Source: Rhizophagus irregularis
Taxonomy: Eukaryota
NCBI RefSeq assembly: GCF_026210795.1
Contig: NC_089435.1
Span: forward strand, 3,844,001-3,908,000
Direction of reading: 5' to 3'
Length of the DNA: 64,000 bases
The stretch's first letter is position 1; each line of letters opens with the position of its first letter. A program made the position numbers and the translations under genes. Below, piece by piece: positions 29,312 through 42,899 of this stretch. The notes below the pieces were generated by a model. That model saw only the letters and a list, made by a program, of their open reading frames with translations. It made no database searches and had not been told where the DNA came from.

Positions 29312-29445
29312 TTTTCTAACTATCACCGGGGGGTGATGATCACCGATGACTGAAATTATGACGCATTAAAAAAAATAGAGTGCCGGTAAAATTTGATAAT
29401 TCTGGCCAACGGTGATGATCACCTCCGGTGATTTGAAGTAAAAAA
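29312..29445. mobile_element. ~130-bp hairpin/MITE-like repeat (better preserved copy)
   Basis: The ends tcaccggggggtgatgatcaccg and cggtgatgatcacctccggtga are imperfect inverted repeats; paralog at 11812-11950. Confidence 0.7.
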
Positions 29446-30442
29446 CATTAATGTTTATAATTTATAAATATATATAGATCTTTGGACAACAAGAAAATCA
29501 GTTTTACAATACATGATTCAGTATAATAAAAATTTGGTAAATAGATTTGCTATATTCAGAATTAATTGTATAGTAATATATTTATTAAATAAAATTTAAA
29601 TATATTTTTATAAACTGAAATTATATATATAATTAAAGATTTTACTTTATATAATTATCTGACCATATATTTTTATATTTGCTATAATAAAATAGTAATT
29701 TTTTATGCATTTTTAATATATACAAAAGTTTTGCACTTTATATAAATAAGATAAATAAACTGCAAAGAATATAATTAATAATTATAATATTGGAAAAATA
29801 CTTACTTAAATTTTATTATAATAAATTTTATAGGTAATCTTAATGCTTATTAGAAGTAAAATTCATTAAAAATAAAAATTCATTAGAAGTAAAGTTTATC
29901 TATATCATGTAATTTATATTTATTATATTAAAATTTGAATTTTTTGTTTTAAAAATAACTAATAATTTTTATTAATAAAAGTATTTAAAAAAAGTTTACT
30001 CAAATACTTAATAAATATATACTAAAAAAAATTTATTGACTAATTAAATTTACAGTTAATCAGATAAACTAATTTTATTTATTGCATAATCTTCTTTTAA
30101 TGTAATCAAATTTCATTTATTTTTAATATATATTATATTTCAGCTCGCTGTTCCTTTTTAACAAATTTTTTCTTTACTAATTTCTTTTTTTTCAGGTTTC
30201 TAATCTTAAGTTTTATAAATAGTAAGTTTCAACTATTAGTATTACTTTCAAACTTTTTTTTTTATTTAATTATTTTTTTCTTTTATTTTTATAAGCATTT
30301 TATATATAATTTTGTAAATAGTAAGCTTTAACCAGTTTTATTATTTTTTTTTAAATTATTTTTTTTAATTAATTAACAATAAGTTTTTTTTTCTTTTGGA
30401 TATAACTTCCAAACTTATTTCAAAAATATTTCAATTTATAAG

Positions 30443-30678
30443 TAAAGTTACTGAAAAAACTAGAGGATTTTAGCAAGTTTGTAAAATGCCAAAATAGCTA
30501 ATATTATATAAAAATCTTATTAAGAAGTTAGCAAAACTTTAAAAAAATATGAAACTTATTATAAATGCCAAAATTGCTAAAATTTTACTAAAATTATAAT
30601 AAAATTATAAAATTATAGTAAAATTTTAAAGAAACTAATTGTAGAATTATTATAGAGAAATTTAAGTAAATAACTTAA
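30443..30678 (+). repeat. AT-shifted decayed copy of the hAT-like MITE at 48146-48390
   Basis: Colinear blocks with the 48-kb copy: aaactag, caagtt, aaatgccaaaatagc, tcttattaa.aagtt.gcaaaact, gaaacttattataaatgc, gaaactaat..tagaatt. Confidence 0.7.
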
Positions 30679-30831
30679 CTTATAAGTATTTTAAAAGTTT
30701 TTTTTATTCTTTTTAACCATTTTTTCCACTTATTAGAATGTAAAAAAAATACTAAAAAACAAAAAATATTAAGATAAAAGTTCTTTAGTATATTATAAAT
30801 TTTTTTATAAAAATACTCTAAGATTTATAGG

Positions 30832-31072
30832 TCAAAAAATGAAAAATCAGGTATCAATTAGTTACCAATTAGTCACCAATCAGATACCTGATAAATAGCT
30901 AATTGATGATTGTCAAATACTGTTACCAATCTGGCAGTTTACTAACTTTTGATCCAATAATCAAAAAAGAATGTAATATAGCTCATTGGAATCATTTTTG
31001 ATTATTGGATCAAAAGTTAGTAAATTGCCTGATTGGTGACTATCAATTAATACCTAATTTTTCACTTTTTGA
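30832..31072. mobile_element. Foldback/palindromic MITE-like repeat (short member of the family that hosts the 32.5-41.5 kb nest)
   Basis: Inner arms 30926-30967 and 30995-31036 are 42-bp near-perfect inverted repeats. Outer arms are tcaaaaaatgaaaaatcaggtat and atacctaatttttcactttttga. Confidence 0.75.
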
Positions 31073-32953
31073 TTTAGTATGATTTAAGAAAATACTTTTT
31101 CTTTGATTTTATCTGATAAGAACTTTTTATAAATGCATATTTTTATAAGGTGGTAAATTTTAATTACTTTTTTTTTTAATTTTTATTTATACTAATTATT
31201 ACTGATTTTATTTTTTTTTTAAAAAAATATTTTTTTATTTATTATCTAATAGAAACTTTTTGTAAATGGTATAAGTAATAAAATATTATCATAAAATTCT
31301 GTATAATCCTAATAAAAGTTAGAATAGATTTTATTGCAGATTATATTTATATAAATTAATTTAAGATAAAAAGTTATAAAATGATATTAATCAATTTACA
31401 GTGTATTGCAAAAAAAACTGGAAAACTATTTACATGATAAAAATATATGTTATACATCCAAAATAAATTTAATTTACATTATGTAAATTGTATAATAAAC
31501 CTAAGACTCAAGACTATATTTTAATATCTTTTGAAGTTATAAATACTTCATTATCTTTATTTGCAATAATTATTTATTTTAAATTAAAAATATAACAGAA
31601 AATTAAATTACATTTATAAAATAATAGTGGATTAGATTTAATTTAAAATACTCAAAAATTATTAAGAATAATGCCAAAAAATAAATATCAAAAAATTTGC
31701 AGTAAAGAAGCATTTATGATAAAATGATGGGAGTTTTATTCTATAAATTGTCACAATTTCAGTATATAGTAAAAAATACTAATAAATGGTTCAAATTATA
31801 AAAATATGTATAGTTTACTTAAAATAAAATTGAATATTGGGACTATATTTTGATATCATTTAGGACCTTACATTTTTTTTTTTTTACTTTTTATAAAAAT
31901 TTCAATCATACCAAGTTCAAAAGAGTTGTATTTATTTTTTTTCTGGTTTAATTTATTGTATGGAAGTGAGTAGGGTGAAGGGAGAATTTATTCTAAACTT
32001 CAGCTTTTTTTATATATTTATGTTTTTTATCATGCGAATTAATAAAAGTGAATAGAAAAAAAATTTATCTATAATACAGATAAGTTCAGATTATGTAAGA
32101 ATGATCCAGATAATCCAAATGAAAATATTACGAATATTTCAGATGATAGATTTCTAATCAGATTAGATAAACGAAAGATGGATTTTAATTAGATCAGATA
32201 AAATGGTGACAGATATCTTTGCTATACCTTAAGTAAATTTTACCCCTAATCTGGTGACTGGTAAGCATTAAGATTATTCTTTAATTTAAATAGGAGATCT
32301 CTTTGATTTATATTTGAATTGTAAAATTTTTACTAGTTTAACAGAATTATTAATACTTTTAATTATATCTTATTGTAAATTTTATTTATTATATCCTTTA
32401 TATCTTTAGAAATATGGTGCTAAAGTTATAAAACATCTATTTTGGCATATCACACTAAATAACAAATAATTTTTCCTTTTATGAATTTTTTAAAATTCAA
32501 CTTATTAAGATAAAATTATTAGATAAAATATACAAATCCAATTTACTAACTTTTGACTTAGTGATCAGAAAAGAATAAAATATAGCTTATTGGAATCGTC
32601 TCAGTAAGATGAATCTAATGGTAGTAAAATTGCATTTCTAGGATTAATAGTTGATAAGAAATTAAATTAAATATAAATAATATGGGTAACATTATTTGAC
32701 GACCCGTCACCATGGCGATACTCAAATTTTTTTTTAGTTGTACTACGTAATTTTTATACTTTAATTTTTATGACATTTATAATAATTTGTAACCGTAATT
32801 TGAATAGCAATTATAGGTATTCATGAACGAAATTTGACTCATTTTTTATTGGATTTATTCATATACTGTACTACTGTACTTCGTTAGCTTTAATAGTAAT
32901 AATAACAGTAAATCACATGTGATTAGAAGCATATTAACGCATTTGAATAAAGC

Positions 32954-35900
32954 TTACCTTTCAAACACTTCATTCTCTTTATTAGCATTATCCAATTTTT
33001 CCTTACAAGTTTTGCTATTATGTCCCTTTTGTTTACACAATTTACATGTGTATTGAGTTTTAGTATTAGATAACTCTAAAGTATTTTTCATTCTCTTGTT
33101 TGATTTAGGACGACCTTTTGGCCTTCTTTCAACAGGATTTCGAATATTCATGATATTATCACTTTCGCCGTTGTTATTACTGTTACTAACACCACCATTA
33201 CTATTATCAACAACAATTCTTGGCTGTAATTTTTTTTGAATTGACAGAAAAACCTCACAAAGTTCTCGGTAAGTATCCTCATTGTTGTTTTCAATTACAT
33301 CAACCATTACTTTTCTTCCTAAACCCCAAAGTTCTCCAAACTTACGTTTTTTTGATATAGATTTAGTTATTTCAGTATTTATTGCCGAAGCTCCAACTTG
33401 AATAGCAGATCCATTTGAATTCAAAAATTGTGTTGGCAGAGAATGCGTCTTTAATGCCGACATTTTCATTGAAGAAATGGCAACAAATTCTTTATTTGAT
33501 ATATCAGTCCCTTGAAGTATATCTTTATACCAACGCTGGTTTACCAAACCAATGTGAAATCTAGCAGTAGACGTAAGAGTCATTACACGGTAAAAATGGC
33601 GACATGGATAACCATGAGTCTTGTTGATCATACACGTGCAGAGAAAGGTACCATTATTCAAAAGACATACAAAGTGGGATGTCTTTTGGCTTGTTAAATA
33701 TACAACCTCCCATACTTCAAGAATCAATGAGGTATCTTCTAAAAATAAACTTATTTGTACTTGTGGGCAATCAAATAGGTTATCAATACATTGATTTGAC
33801 TCGTCAAGTATCTAAGTAGGAGTTAATAAATTATTTTTTAAAAATTATTGCCGTTAGAAAGCAAATTAAGCTAAAATTAATAGCGTAAGTCTTACCATTT
33901 CCTTAGAATGCAAAATTTCAAGCTCAATTTCCACAGCATGATAATAAAGACTTAGTTCCATTTGTTCCTCCTGCTTCTTCATAATATTTGGCATTACAAA
34001 TTCATTCAGCTGCTGCGCTACTGGTCCAAAAATAGATGTTGATACATTTTGAGGTCTGATTTGAGGTATAGTTTGATGCCAATTTATGAATTCGCAATAG
34101 TCAACTTCTTCTTGATATCTCTCTTCTAATGCATCAAATAATTCACATAATGAAAGGTTTGAATTTCCAAAAAGCCGTTTTAATACTGAATTTTCACCTT
34201 CATTGCGAGAAGTTGTTTGTGCACCAGCAGTAAAATATTTGCTAGTAAAAGCTCGTGCCCATGATTGAAAATTACATCCTAAAGACCTTATCAAATAATT
34301 TTTAGCTTGTGGGTAATTCTGTAGTAATATCTCCCACCTTTTATTGAATGAACAAATACATAAATTAATTACAATATACTTTCTATTAAAATCAATAAAC
34401 AAATGAACAATTAAATTTATTTAATTTCAAAGCACAATAAACAAAATTCTACAATAGATGATATACTGTAAAACAATGGAAGAATTTGAATAGACTATGA
34501 TAAAAAAATAATGGAGTCTAATGAAACAATGATAGAGTCTAGTGATTACAACAAAAAAATTAATGATGGAGTCTAATTAAAAAATGACAAAGTCTAATGA
34601 TTACAATGAAAAGGTTAATGGAATTACAATAAAAAAACAATGGTAGGAATGGCAAAATTGTAAGTACAATAGAAAATTTGTAAAACAATTTAACACAATA
34701 AGTATACCTTTCGTTAAACTGTTTTTCTGTTAAACTGTTTCTTGTCATGTAAAAGTCCTTCATAAAATTATCAAAATTAGATCCAAGCTTCCCCTTTAAT
34801 TGCTTTGGCAAGTTTTGGCCTATATGCCAAATACAATGCATATGAAAAGTATCAGAAAATAGTGTTGCAACAGCACCACTAACTGCTGGATCACTATCTG
34901 TAACAAAAACTTTCGGCGATATACCGGTAGCCTCTTTTACACATTGAAAAACCCATTCATATGAGAATTGTGTCTCATCATCAACAATTGCCTGAGCTAC
35001 AATTCGTGTTTTCAAATTATTATCAGGTGTAACAAAGATGGATAATGGTCGATTATAACGGTTAGTTTTACAAGTATTATCATGCATTATCACATCATGA
35101 TAACGTAACCATAATATTTGTTGTTCTGGACTCATCCAAAAAAGATGAGTTAATGAAGAAGTAATAGGATCTAATTTCATTGAGACTACCCATCGAGGAT
35201 CTTCTATTTTTTTTTCGTGGAGTCTTTTTAGCAAGATTCCCGCATCTGCTTCACCTGGTGTTGATTCACGACGAAATTTACTAATAGCATTATAAAGATC
35301 TGGTCTATGTATTCTAATTTTAAATTTTTCTCTAATAATTCGATATTGTATAGTTGCATCTGCCTTAGCAACAACTGTTAAAAAGCGAATTTCTTCCATA
35401 ATCTCATCTGATAATTTTCGTAATGTAGGGACAAATTTAATTGCTGATGGATGAAGCTCATGACCGACATGTTGATCATGTAAAGTTGTGACCTCAAGAC
35501 ATCCTTTACTTTTTTTTGCCCAAATATTTACTCTCCATGGACATTCAACTCGGCAAGATGAAGTTTGTCTTTTCGATGATTTGGACTTAGCTTTTCCAGC
35601 ATGGCGACACAAGTATGTTCGTTTTGTTATTTCTTGTGTTGTTTTATCTACCCTTCCTCCTCCACCAATTCTTACTCCATGGCCTTTGGTAGCAGCGTAT
35701 TTTTTCATAAAATTTGCTACACGATCCCAATTATGAAAGGTCTTGCCAACATAAAGCTTCATAGTATCCTCCTCCTCCTCCTTCTCCTCTTCCTCCTCTT
35801 CCTCCTCTTCCTCCCCTTCGGCAATATCTTCAATTTCATATTCATTATCGGACATGCCATTTAAACTATAGTAACAAAAGGCATAGCTAATATCATTAGA

Positions 35901-36018
35901 TATATTCTAACTACCTAAGAAAATCTCTATTACTTAACCTGTCAGTATCAGAAAATTCTTCCGCACTATCATATTCCAACAAAGCTTCTAATTCGGCGTC
36001 TTGAATGTTTTTTTCCAT
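32954..36018 (-). CDS. FAR1/MULE transposase, apparently uninterrupted after splicing (4 exons)
   Basis: Exons ~36018-35939, 35865-34708, 34337-33896 and 33811-32954. FAR1/WRKY-like zinc finger (CRH..CPW..HVGH); DDE core HDNTCKTN / FVTDSD / CIWH / TTSRNEGEN; SWIM CTC...PCRH; AT-hook KGRPK; CCHC knuckle CKLCKQKGHNSKTC. Confidence 0.88.
34470..34640. repeat. Degenerate ~21-24-bp tandem repeat inside intron 2 of the MULE transposase
   Basis: Units aataatggagtctaatgaaac, aatgatagagtctagtgattac, aatgatggagtctaattaaa and aatgacaaagtctaatgattac. Confidence 0.65.
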
Positions 36019-37008
36019 AATACACAATTGTAAGTTAAAAAACAAAGGTAAAGTGTGTGTAATTAGTTTTAAAAGAAGTAAACAAGCAGTTTATTGTCAA
36101 ATAATCAAGGTAAAATATGTATTTTAGTTAAGAAATACAGGCCATTTATTCTGAATAAACGTGAATAAAACAAACAAGAGTGAAAAAAAAAAATTAGTTA
36201 TTGGTATTTGGTAATACGATGGTCACGCACGTGATTATTATGAATATGTACGCGTGTGATAATATGTGATAACTCGCGATCTATCATATGCATGATGTCA
36301 TAAATATACGTGTAATACAAAATTATATGATTTATTTATAGGGGTCGCCATGGCAACCTGGGTCGCCAGCTACATTTTGCCAAATAATATATTTTTATTT
36401 TTATATTAATATTAATCCTAAAAATGTAATTTTACTACTATTAGATTCATCTTATTGAAATGGTTCCAATGAGCAGCTACAGTGCGATACCTCTATAACC
36501 AACCCAATTTTATAGTCATAATGTGACATTTTCAAAAAAATGTCACATTAGCAAAAAATAATATTTTAAAATTCTAACTGATAATTTTAATAAAGCATAT
36601 CAAGAGCTTTTAAACTTATCGGATTAGATTAAAAAATAATAAATTTTGCTAATGTTACATAAGTTTGAAGTTCAGGTAATTTATTATGATGGGAAAAATT
36701 TAAGAATAAGTAATTTTCATGTAACATAAAAAAAAACAATCATTTGATAGTACTTATTCAAATAAATCATTTTAGCTTATAAACTTACTCATGCTTTATT
36801 AAAAAAATTTTGAAAAAAAATTTAAAAAAAATTTTGGTAGTTTTTATTTATTGCAAATTATATTATGTCTATTTCTCAAAAAGAAATTACAGGAAAACTT
36901 GCTAAAAAAAATATAAATCACATAGAAAAGTTCTTGATGATATACTTAATTAAATTACTTTAAATAATTATAATGAATAATAAATTATATATAAAAAATT
37001 ATGCATAA

Positions 37009-40000
37009 GGCCGCTCCAACAAATAGTTTCGTTTAACATCACATGACATGAAAAAAATAGAGGGGGTGGGAGGTAAAATTTTGTACATATTAAATTTTAA
37101 ACACATATATAAAGTCATGTTATTTTATTAGATGTAATGATTGTAACATTAAGTTTGCGATATTGTATTACAATCGACCACTTGTATCAATACTTAATTT
37201 ATATTATTAACATGTGAACAAATCGTATTTTCTTTTTCTTTTTGCTTTGTTCGATAAACTTTTCTTTTTCTTTCGTGTAGTATCTGTAAATAAAACTGCA
37301 GAACTGACGATACTTTTTTTGGAAATTATATACATCAAATGTTGTATTTGTTTGTAACAGCCTATGAAAATGGCATATCTTTAGTAAAATCAGCAGTGGT
37401 TGGTATTAAAGAATCCGGAAATTTTGAAGATTTATTAAAAGAAGCACTTTCAAATGAACTTTTTTTAGAAGATAAGCTGGTAAAAGTTGATCTTCAATGT
37501 AATGATTCTTCAGCTTGGCATCCTGTATTAAATGGCCTTACCGAAAATTTAGAAGCATGTTTTCAATTGAAGGCGCAGCATGTACGTTTTACAATATCTC
37601 ATAGTATATCAATTCCCGATGAGTTATCTAATGAAGGATCTTCAGCATTTAATTTCATGATGACACAACAACGCCTAAAAAAACTTCCACTACTTTACAA
37701 CTCCCAATTTCGTAATGATTTGCTCTATAATGATTTTTTAAAAATTTTGCAAGAAAGGAAACTGGGATGGCTGAATGATAATCATTTAACTATTGGGCAT
37801 TCTTTTATCTGCAGAGTTACCGATTTAGTATGGTATTTGGATCCTCATCTTGGCAAATTGGAAAAACGCGGCTTGAAACTACCAAAAATTATAGCCAAAC
37901 TTCCTGTATATGCTTCTGAAAGTCATTATAATCTCTATCATGATACTACGAAGCATAAAAAAATTGAAATATCACGAGAAAAACTTGAGTCATTTGTTAA
38001 AGCTTTAATTTTATCTATTCAACAACCTTGGACACGCCTATTACATTGGGAAGAAGTAATTAAAGATATTGATGATCTGATAAAAATAGCTCAAGAATAT
38101 GCCAACTATTTTCAAGGGGTTAATAATAGAATGCGTACTATACATACGAGTCTAGTTCCTGTAAGAAATGGGCGGGATGATATTACAGTTGAGGATATTG
38201 AAGCTGTTGACTTATATCCATCTCAATATGAGTTTTTAGCACAGCTTCTTCGTGAATCCAATGATTATGATCTTCTAAATATAGATCATTTGCTTCCTCC
38301 CAAGCCACAAAATATATATCTCTTTTTTCAAAATATTTGTGCTGATGTATCCTTCACGCTATATCGTTACTATCATGGCAATTGTCTCAATACATTAAAT
38401 TTTGTATGGAAAATTCCTTCTTTGGATAAATGTGACAAGACAAAAGAAGCAAAAAATATTTCTGCAGCATATGATCAAATCCCAATCTATTGTACAAGAC
38501 AAATGCGAAAAAATGTGATAAATAAGGTTTTTTTCTTTTTTTTTTTTGTTTATACTTCAGTTAAAATATTTCTTTTGAAAATATACTAAATATACACCAA
38601 CCTTTTTATAGTATTCTTTAATAGTTAAAGCATCACGCTCAATTCTGCAAGTACTTTATCAAGATTTAACAGGAGATGTATCAACACCAGATAATGAAAT
38701 CAATAAGAAAACACATGAACGGATAAATTGATGCTAGATACCCAAGATCCTGATATTATTATAGATCTTCGTAAGATTATTAATGAAAAAGGCACAAAAT
38801 TTGATGTCTTTTGGAACGAAATGCAAGATTACTTTAATGAGGTAATGATTATTAATTTAAATACTATTTTTGTATTTATATCTTATATAATTTATATCAA
38901 GATCATCTCAAATTTTAAAAAGGTTACGCCTGCAGTGCATGATTGATGACATACCTCAACTTTATATATGCCAATTGCCATCTCAGTTAAGGATCTGGTG
39001 CAAATCATAATTGAACGATTAGAAAATAAATATGGCACCATACCAAATGATATTGAAATACCTTCTACTGAATGGGTGCGATTACAATTTTGGCCAAAAA
39101 CAGAATTTTCAGAAAATCGGTATACAGGCAGGTTTCAAATTCGATATATGATTCAAGCTCGTCAAATACGCAAGTCTCATATTGATTCACATTACTGTTC
39201 TGCACTTTGGAGATATTTACGTGAATTTGCTATTAAATTTAAAGAGTATACAACATTAATTTGTGCTGATGACAAACATAAAGTTCCTATTGGAGAATCA
39301 GTTGCTACTTCAACAGGAGTGAGAAATAAATCAGCATTAACTACTATAGATGGAATACTTAATTCTTGTGATCACAATTTTACAAAATTATCTTTGACCC
39401 CTTTGGCATCTTTATTTGTTGACATTCCAAATAGTATATCAGATTCATTTTACCAGGGTCAAGTATATATAGCATATAAAGATACAATTTTCCAACCAAG
39501 TTCTGCTATACGACATGCAACAGAATTCTATAATAATTATTCTATTCAATATCAAGATAATATTAACAAACCTAAAATTTTACTTTTATATACTGATGGT
39601 GGTCCAGATCATCGATGCACATATGGATCTGTTCAAATATCATTGATAGCCTTGTTTTTAAAAGGTAACTTTGATTTCTTAGCTGCTGTACGAACTGCTC
39701 CTTACCACAGTTGGGCCAATCCAGCTGAACGTATAATGTCAATATTAAATCTTGCTTTGCAAGGTGTTGCTTTAAAGCGAGAAGATATGAGTGGATTATC
39801 AGAACAAGCTTTTGAGAAGCTTAAAACTTTATCTGAAATCCGTGAAGGAGCTAATTCTAATTCACATTTAAAAGAAGAGCTTATTAAATCAATTAAAATT
39901 ACTCAAGAATTCCTTGAAAATCGTACTTCACGACTTTCTTTACATGATTTAAAATTCAAAATCGCTTCTCCTGCCATAGAAACTGAAATTGATTCTTTAT

Positions 40001-41166
40001 TTGAGGTATTTTTTATATTAATATTTGCTTAAATTTATTTTTGTTAATCATTAATATTATAATAGTCTATATTAACAGCTGAAAGTCAGCTTACAATTAA
40101 TGATACAACGCTAGTAGAATTAAGAAAATTTCATAAATTAAAGGAATTTATTGATACGCATTGTCAAATTAGACAATATTCATTTCAGGTATGTCAAATA
40201 GAGTAAAATGCACTTATATATATTTATTGTATTCGAAATTTATCACAAAACTCTAATTTCTGCAGATTAAGAAATGCAATAATAGTGAATGTACTATCTG
40301 TTTACCAGTTGAATTACCAATTGAAGTATTTGATGAATTGCATTTTTTGCCTGATCCTGAACCATCTATTGGTAAGAATTATACAACCTTTTTGCATAAA
40401 GTGCTCAAAATTCTAATTATGTTTTTGGGCGTTTTTATTTTAGCTGATTCTAATCATTATAAGGATTTTTCAAGTATATATGGGACTCAAACATCTGAAA
40501 ACTTTCGTCCAAGTAAAGCAGGACAACTAGAAGCTGATAATTTACCCCAGGGCATTTTCAATAATAATCGTGTTCGCGAATTTATTGAATGTGATTTTTG
40601 TGGAAAAATTCGATGCATTTATAGTATGAGTGCTTTAAAAAAAGAGCAGATATCCACATTACAGCTCAAAATAAATGATAATGATTTTACTTGTGGAATT
40701 GAAGAATGGATGCCACCTTCACATGAGCTGAAAGGTATTGTTTTTATTCGTCAATCTCTTAGCTGTGATTCTCCAATTGAAAGTGGTTATTATTCAAATC
40801 GCCTAAAAAAACCTCCTATTTGTTATTATTGTGGTAAAAATAATTCATTGGTGGAGGCAACTGACGATTTACTTCATGGATATCAATCTGTATATCCACT
40901 TTGTTCTAATTGTCAACTTTTGGGTCATTCTTTTCATACTTGGGGCAAGAAAAAAGTTGGTGAATTAACAAGAAAAAGGAAAAGAGAATAATTTTTGTAT
41001 TATATAATCTTTTAATAAATAATTTGTTAAGTAAAATGATTGTTATTTTATCTTTATTATCGTATTTTTATAAAATCACGTGATATACAAAATGTACATT
41101 TAAATCTGAATTTTTTGAAATAATGAGGGGGGTTGATGTTAAACGAGACTATTTGTTGGAACGGCC
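37009..41166 (+). mobile_element. Zator-like DNA transposon (GG...CC termini, TAA TSD, 33-bp TIR)
   Basis: TIR ggccg(c/t)tccaacaaatagt(t/c)tcgtttaacatca at 37009-37041 and 41134-41166 (2 mismatches). TAA at 37006-37008 and 41167-41169. Termini, TWA TSD and transposase motifs fit Zator. Confidence 0.8.
37339..40991 (+). pseudogene. Zator-like transposase, multi-exon, with two adjacent premature stops
   Basis: Motifs ADDKHKVPIGE, YTDGGPDHR and APYHSWANPAERIMSILN, plus C-terminal Cys clusters. After splicing at 38923 the frame reads VTPAVHD-TGA-TGA-HTSTLYMP (stops at 38944-38949). Confidence 0.8.
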
Positions 41167-41679
41167 TAATTCTAATTAACATTAAGTATTGCATTAGCCA
41201 ATCAAATTTATTTTAAGTCATGTGATTTTGTATTATGTCAGCAAAAAAAATTGAGAAAATTTTTTTATTTGCTTAATGTATTTATCTTTTTAAAAGCTAT
41301 CTAATTTTAAAATTTTATAAAATTCTGACCATTAGATCACAAGATATAAGAGGTACCTATTATAGAGGTATCGCACTGTATATTTCATCCTTTCTGATTA
41401 CTGGATCAAAAATTAGCAAACTGCCTGATTGGTAACAGTATTTGGTGAAAATGCTAATCGATTACTAATCGGTTACCAATCAGCTATCTATTAAATACCT
41501 GATTGATGACTGATTGGACCTGTGTCAGCTATTTTTTTTCTTTTTTTGATTAATTTTTTACTTTAATTTTTTCTTAAAAGACTATATAGCTTTATTTTTA
41601 ATAAGTTTATTTTATATATTTTTTTTATTTGTTTGTAAATTGTAAAATTTGATAAATTTAATAAGGATAAAAGCTACTA

Positions 41680-42440
41680 TACCATGTTTATTTATGTCAG
41701 CTATTTCTGGTCTGAATGAACCAAAACTTCATGAAATCAACAATTACTTATTCCAATTTAATAAGTTATGGAGTGGATATAATGTAATAATATGTAAATA
41801 CAACAATAGTCATTTTGTCTGAGGAGTGATAATTAGTTATTTTAGCGATGTACCTGCTATTCAGAAACTGTGCTTTTATCTCTGCATGTATCATGTATTA
41901 TTAGTGAATAATCAGCCAAATTTTGGAGGGTTTGCAGATTTTGACAAATGGTTTGTTAAGCAAGATATCAATATAATTAGAGAAAATGAAAGAGTGTACA
42001 ACTGAAAAAGCATATATAAAAGCTCATGTTTCTTAATTTCATATCCATTGGTCAGAAATTTACTGGTTGCATTATTTTAATATGGTATAGTTTTGTGTAA
42101 TTATAGATTGGGAAAGGCATTTTAAATAATTAACAGTTTAAGACAATGCAAAGGTGAGCTGACACAATAAAAATAACAAGTGATCTTGGATGTTACTCTG
42201 TCAGGTTTATTATAATTTTTGCAATACCTATCATATAGGACTTTTATGGTTAGATTGACAGAAAGATCCTTGCATATTTTATATGTTCCTATAAAATTTT
42301 AATAAATCAGAAACTACGAAAAAATGAGCTAAATTAAGCATTTAGTAAACTAATCAAAATGAATAAACTAGTTGAATACAAATACAGTCAAGCCTGAATT
42401 TGCATTTGTGCTTATATACTCATTCTGGTGTTTCATTTTT
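41680..42440 (+). pseudogene. Highly decayed CACTA/EnSpm (tnp2-like) transposase relic
   Basis: Fragments NEPKLHEINNYL, DVPAIQKLC and NQPNFGGFADFDKWF parallel NEPKLH.LNHYL, DIPAARKLCG and NQPNFGGFNNMEQWF of the 54-57 kb element. Confidence 0.7.
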
Positions 42441-42899
42441 TAGGTACTGTGTATAAATTAAAATTTCTTAATGACTATATATATCAAATATGTTGAATGA
42501 AATAAACTGTTTTAAATAATAATCTTTTTTGAATAAAATATATAAGTTCTTATAATAATAGTATTGAAGATACTTTTGATAACTAATAACTGGAAGCCTA
42601 TCCCTTTTTTGAAAATTTTTAAATAGTAAATTTGTGGATACCAAATCTTCCCAAAATGATCCTATTATCATTTGACATAAATATTTTTGTTGTTTATCAA
42701 GTGGAAATTATGAAGCTCAAAAAATAATTGATCAAAAATCACATCATTTATGTGGTACTATCAAAGAATGGAAAACTGTACATTGTATAAAATGTATAAT
42801 GATAAAAAAATGTCAGAAAGTATTGTTTGATTTAAAATTGATACCAAAAATGGCCAAATTTTATTGATTTTTATTAAACTTTACGTAAAAAAAATTTTT

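Larger units (their letters stand above)
32684..36381 (-). mobile_element. Mutator-like element (MULE) with 9-bp TSD and imperfect ~40-bp TIRs
   Basis: AAATAATAT is duplicated at 32675-32683 and 36382-36390. The ends gggtaacattatttgacgacccgtcaccatggcga and (reverse complement) ggcaaaatgtagctggcgacccaggttgccatggcga are inverted repeats. Encloses a MULE transposase. Confidence 0.9.
36480..41378. mobile_element. Non-autonomous Tc1/mariner/pogo-type MITE (TA TSD, ~740 bp of own sequence) split by a Zator-like insertion
   Basis: Perfect 19-bp TIR CAGTGCGATACCTCTATAA starting at 36480 and, inverted, ending at 41378. Flanked by TA at 36478-36479 and 41379-41380. Confidence 0.85.

Noticed and set aside
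34470..34640. Spaced repeats that might suggest a CRISPR array
   Set aside because: Degenerate tandem units without unique spacers, inside a spliceosomal intron of a eukaryotic transposase; no cas genes.
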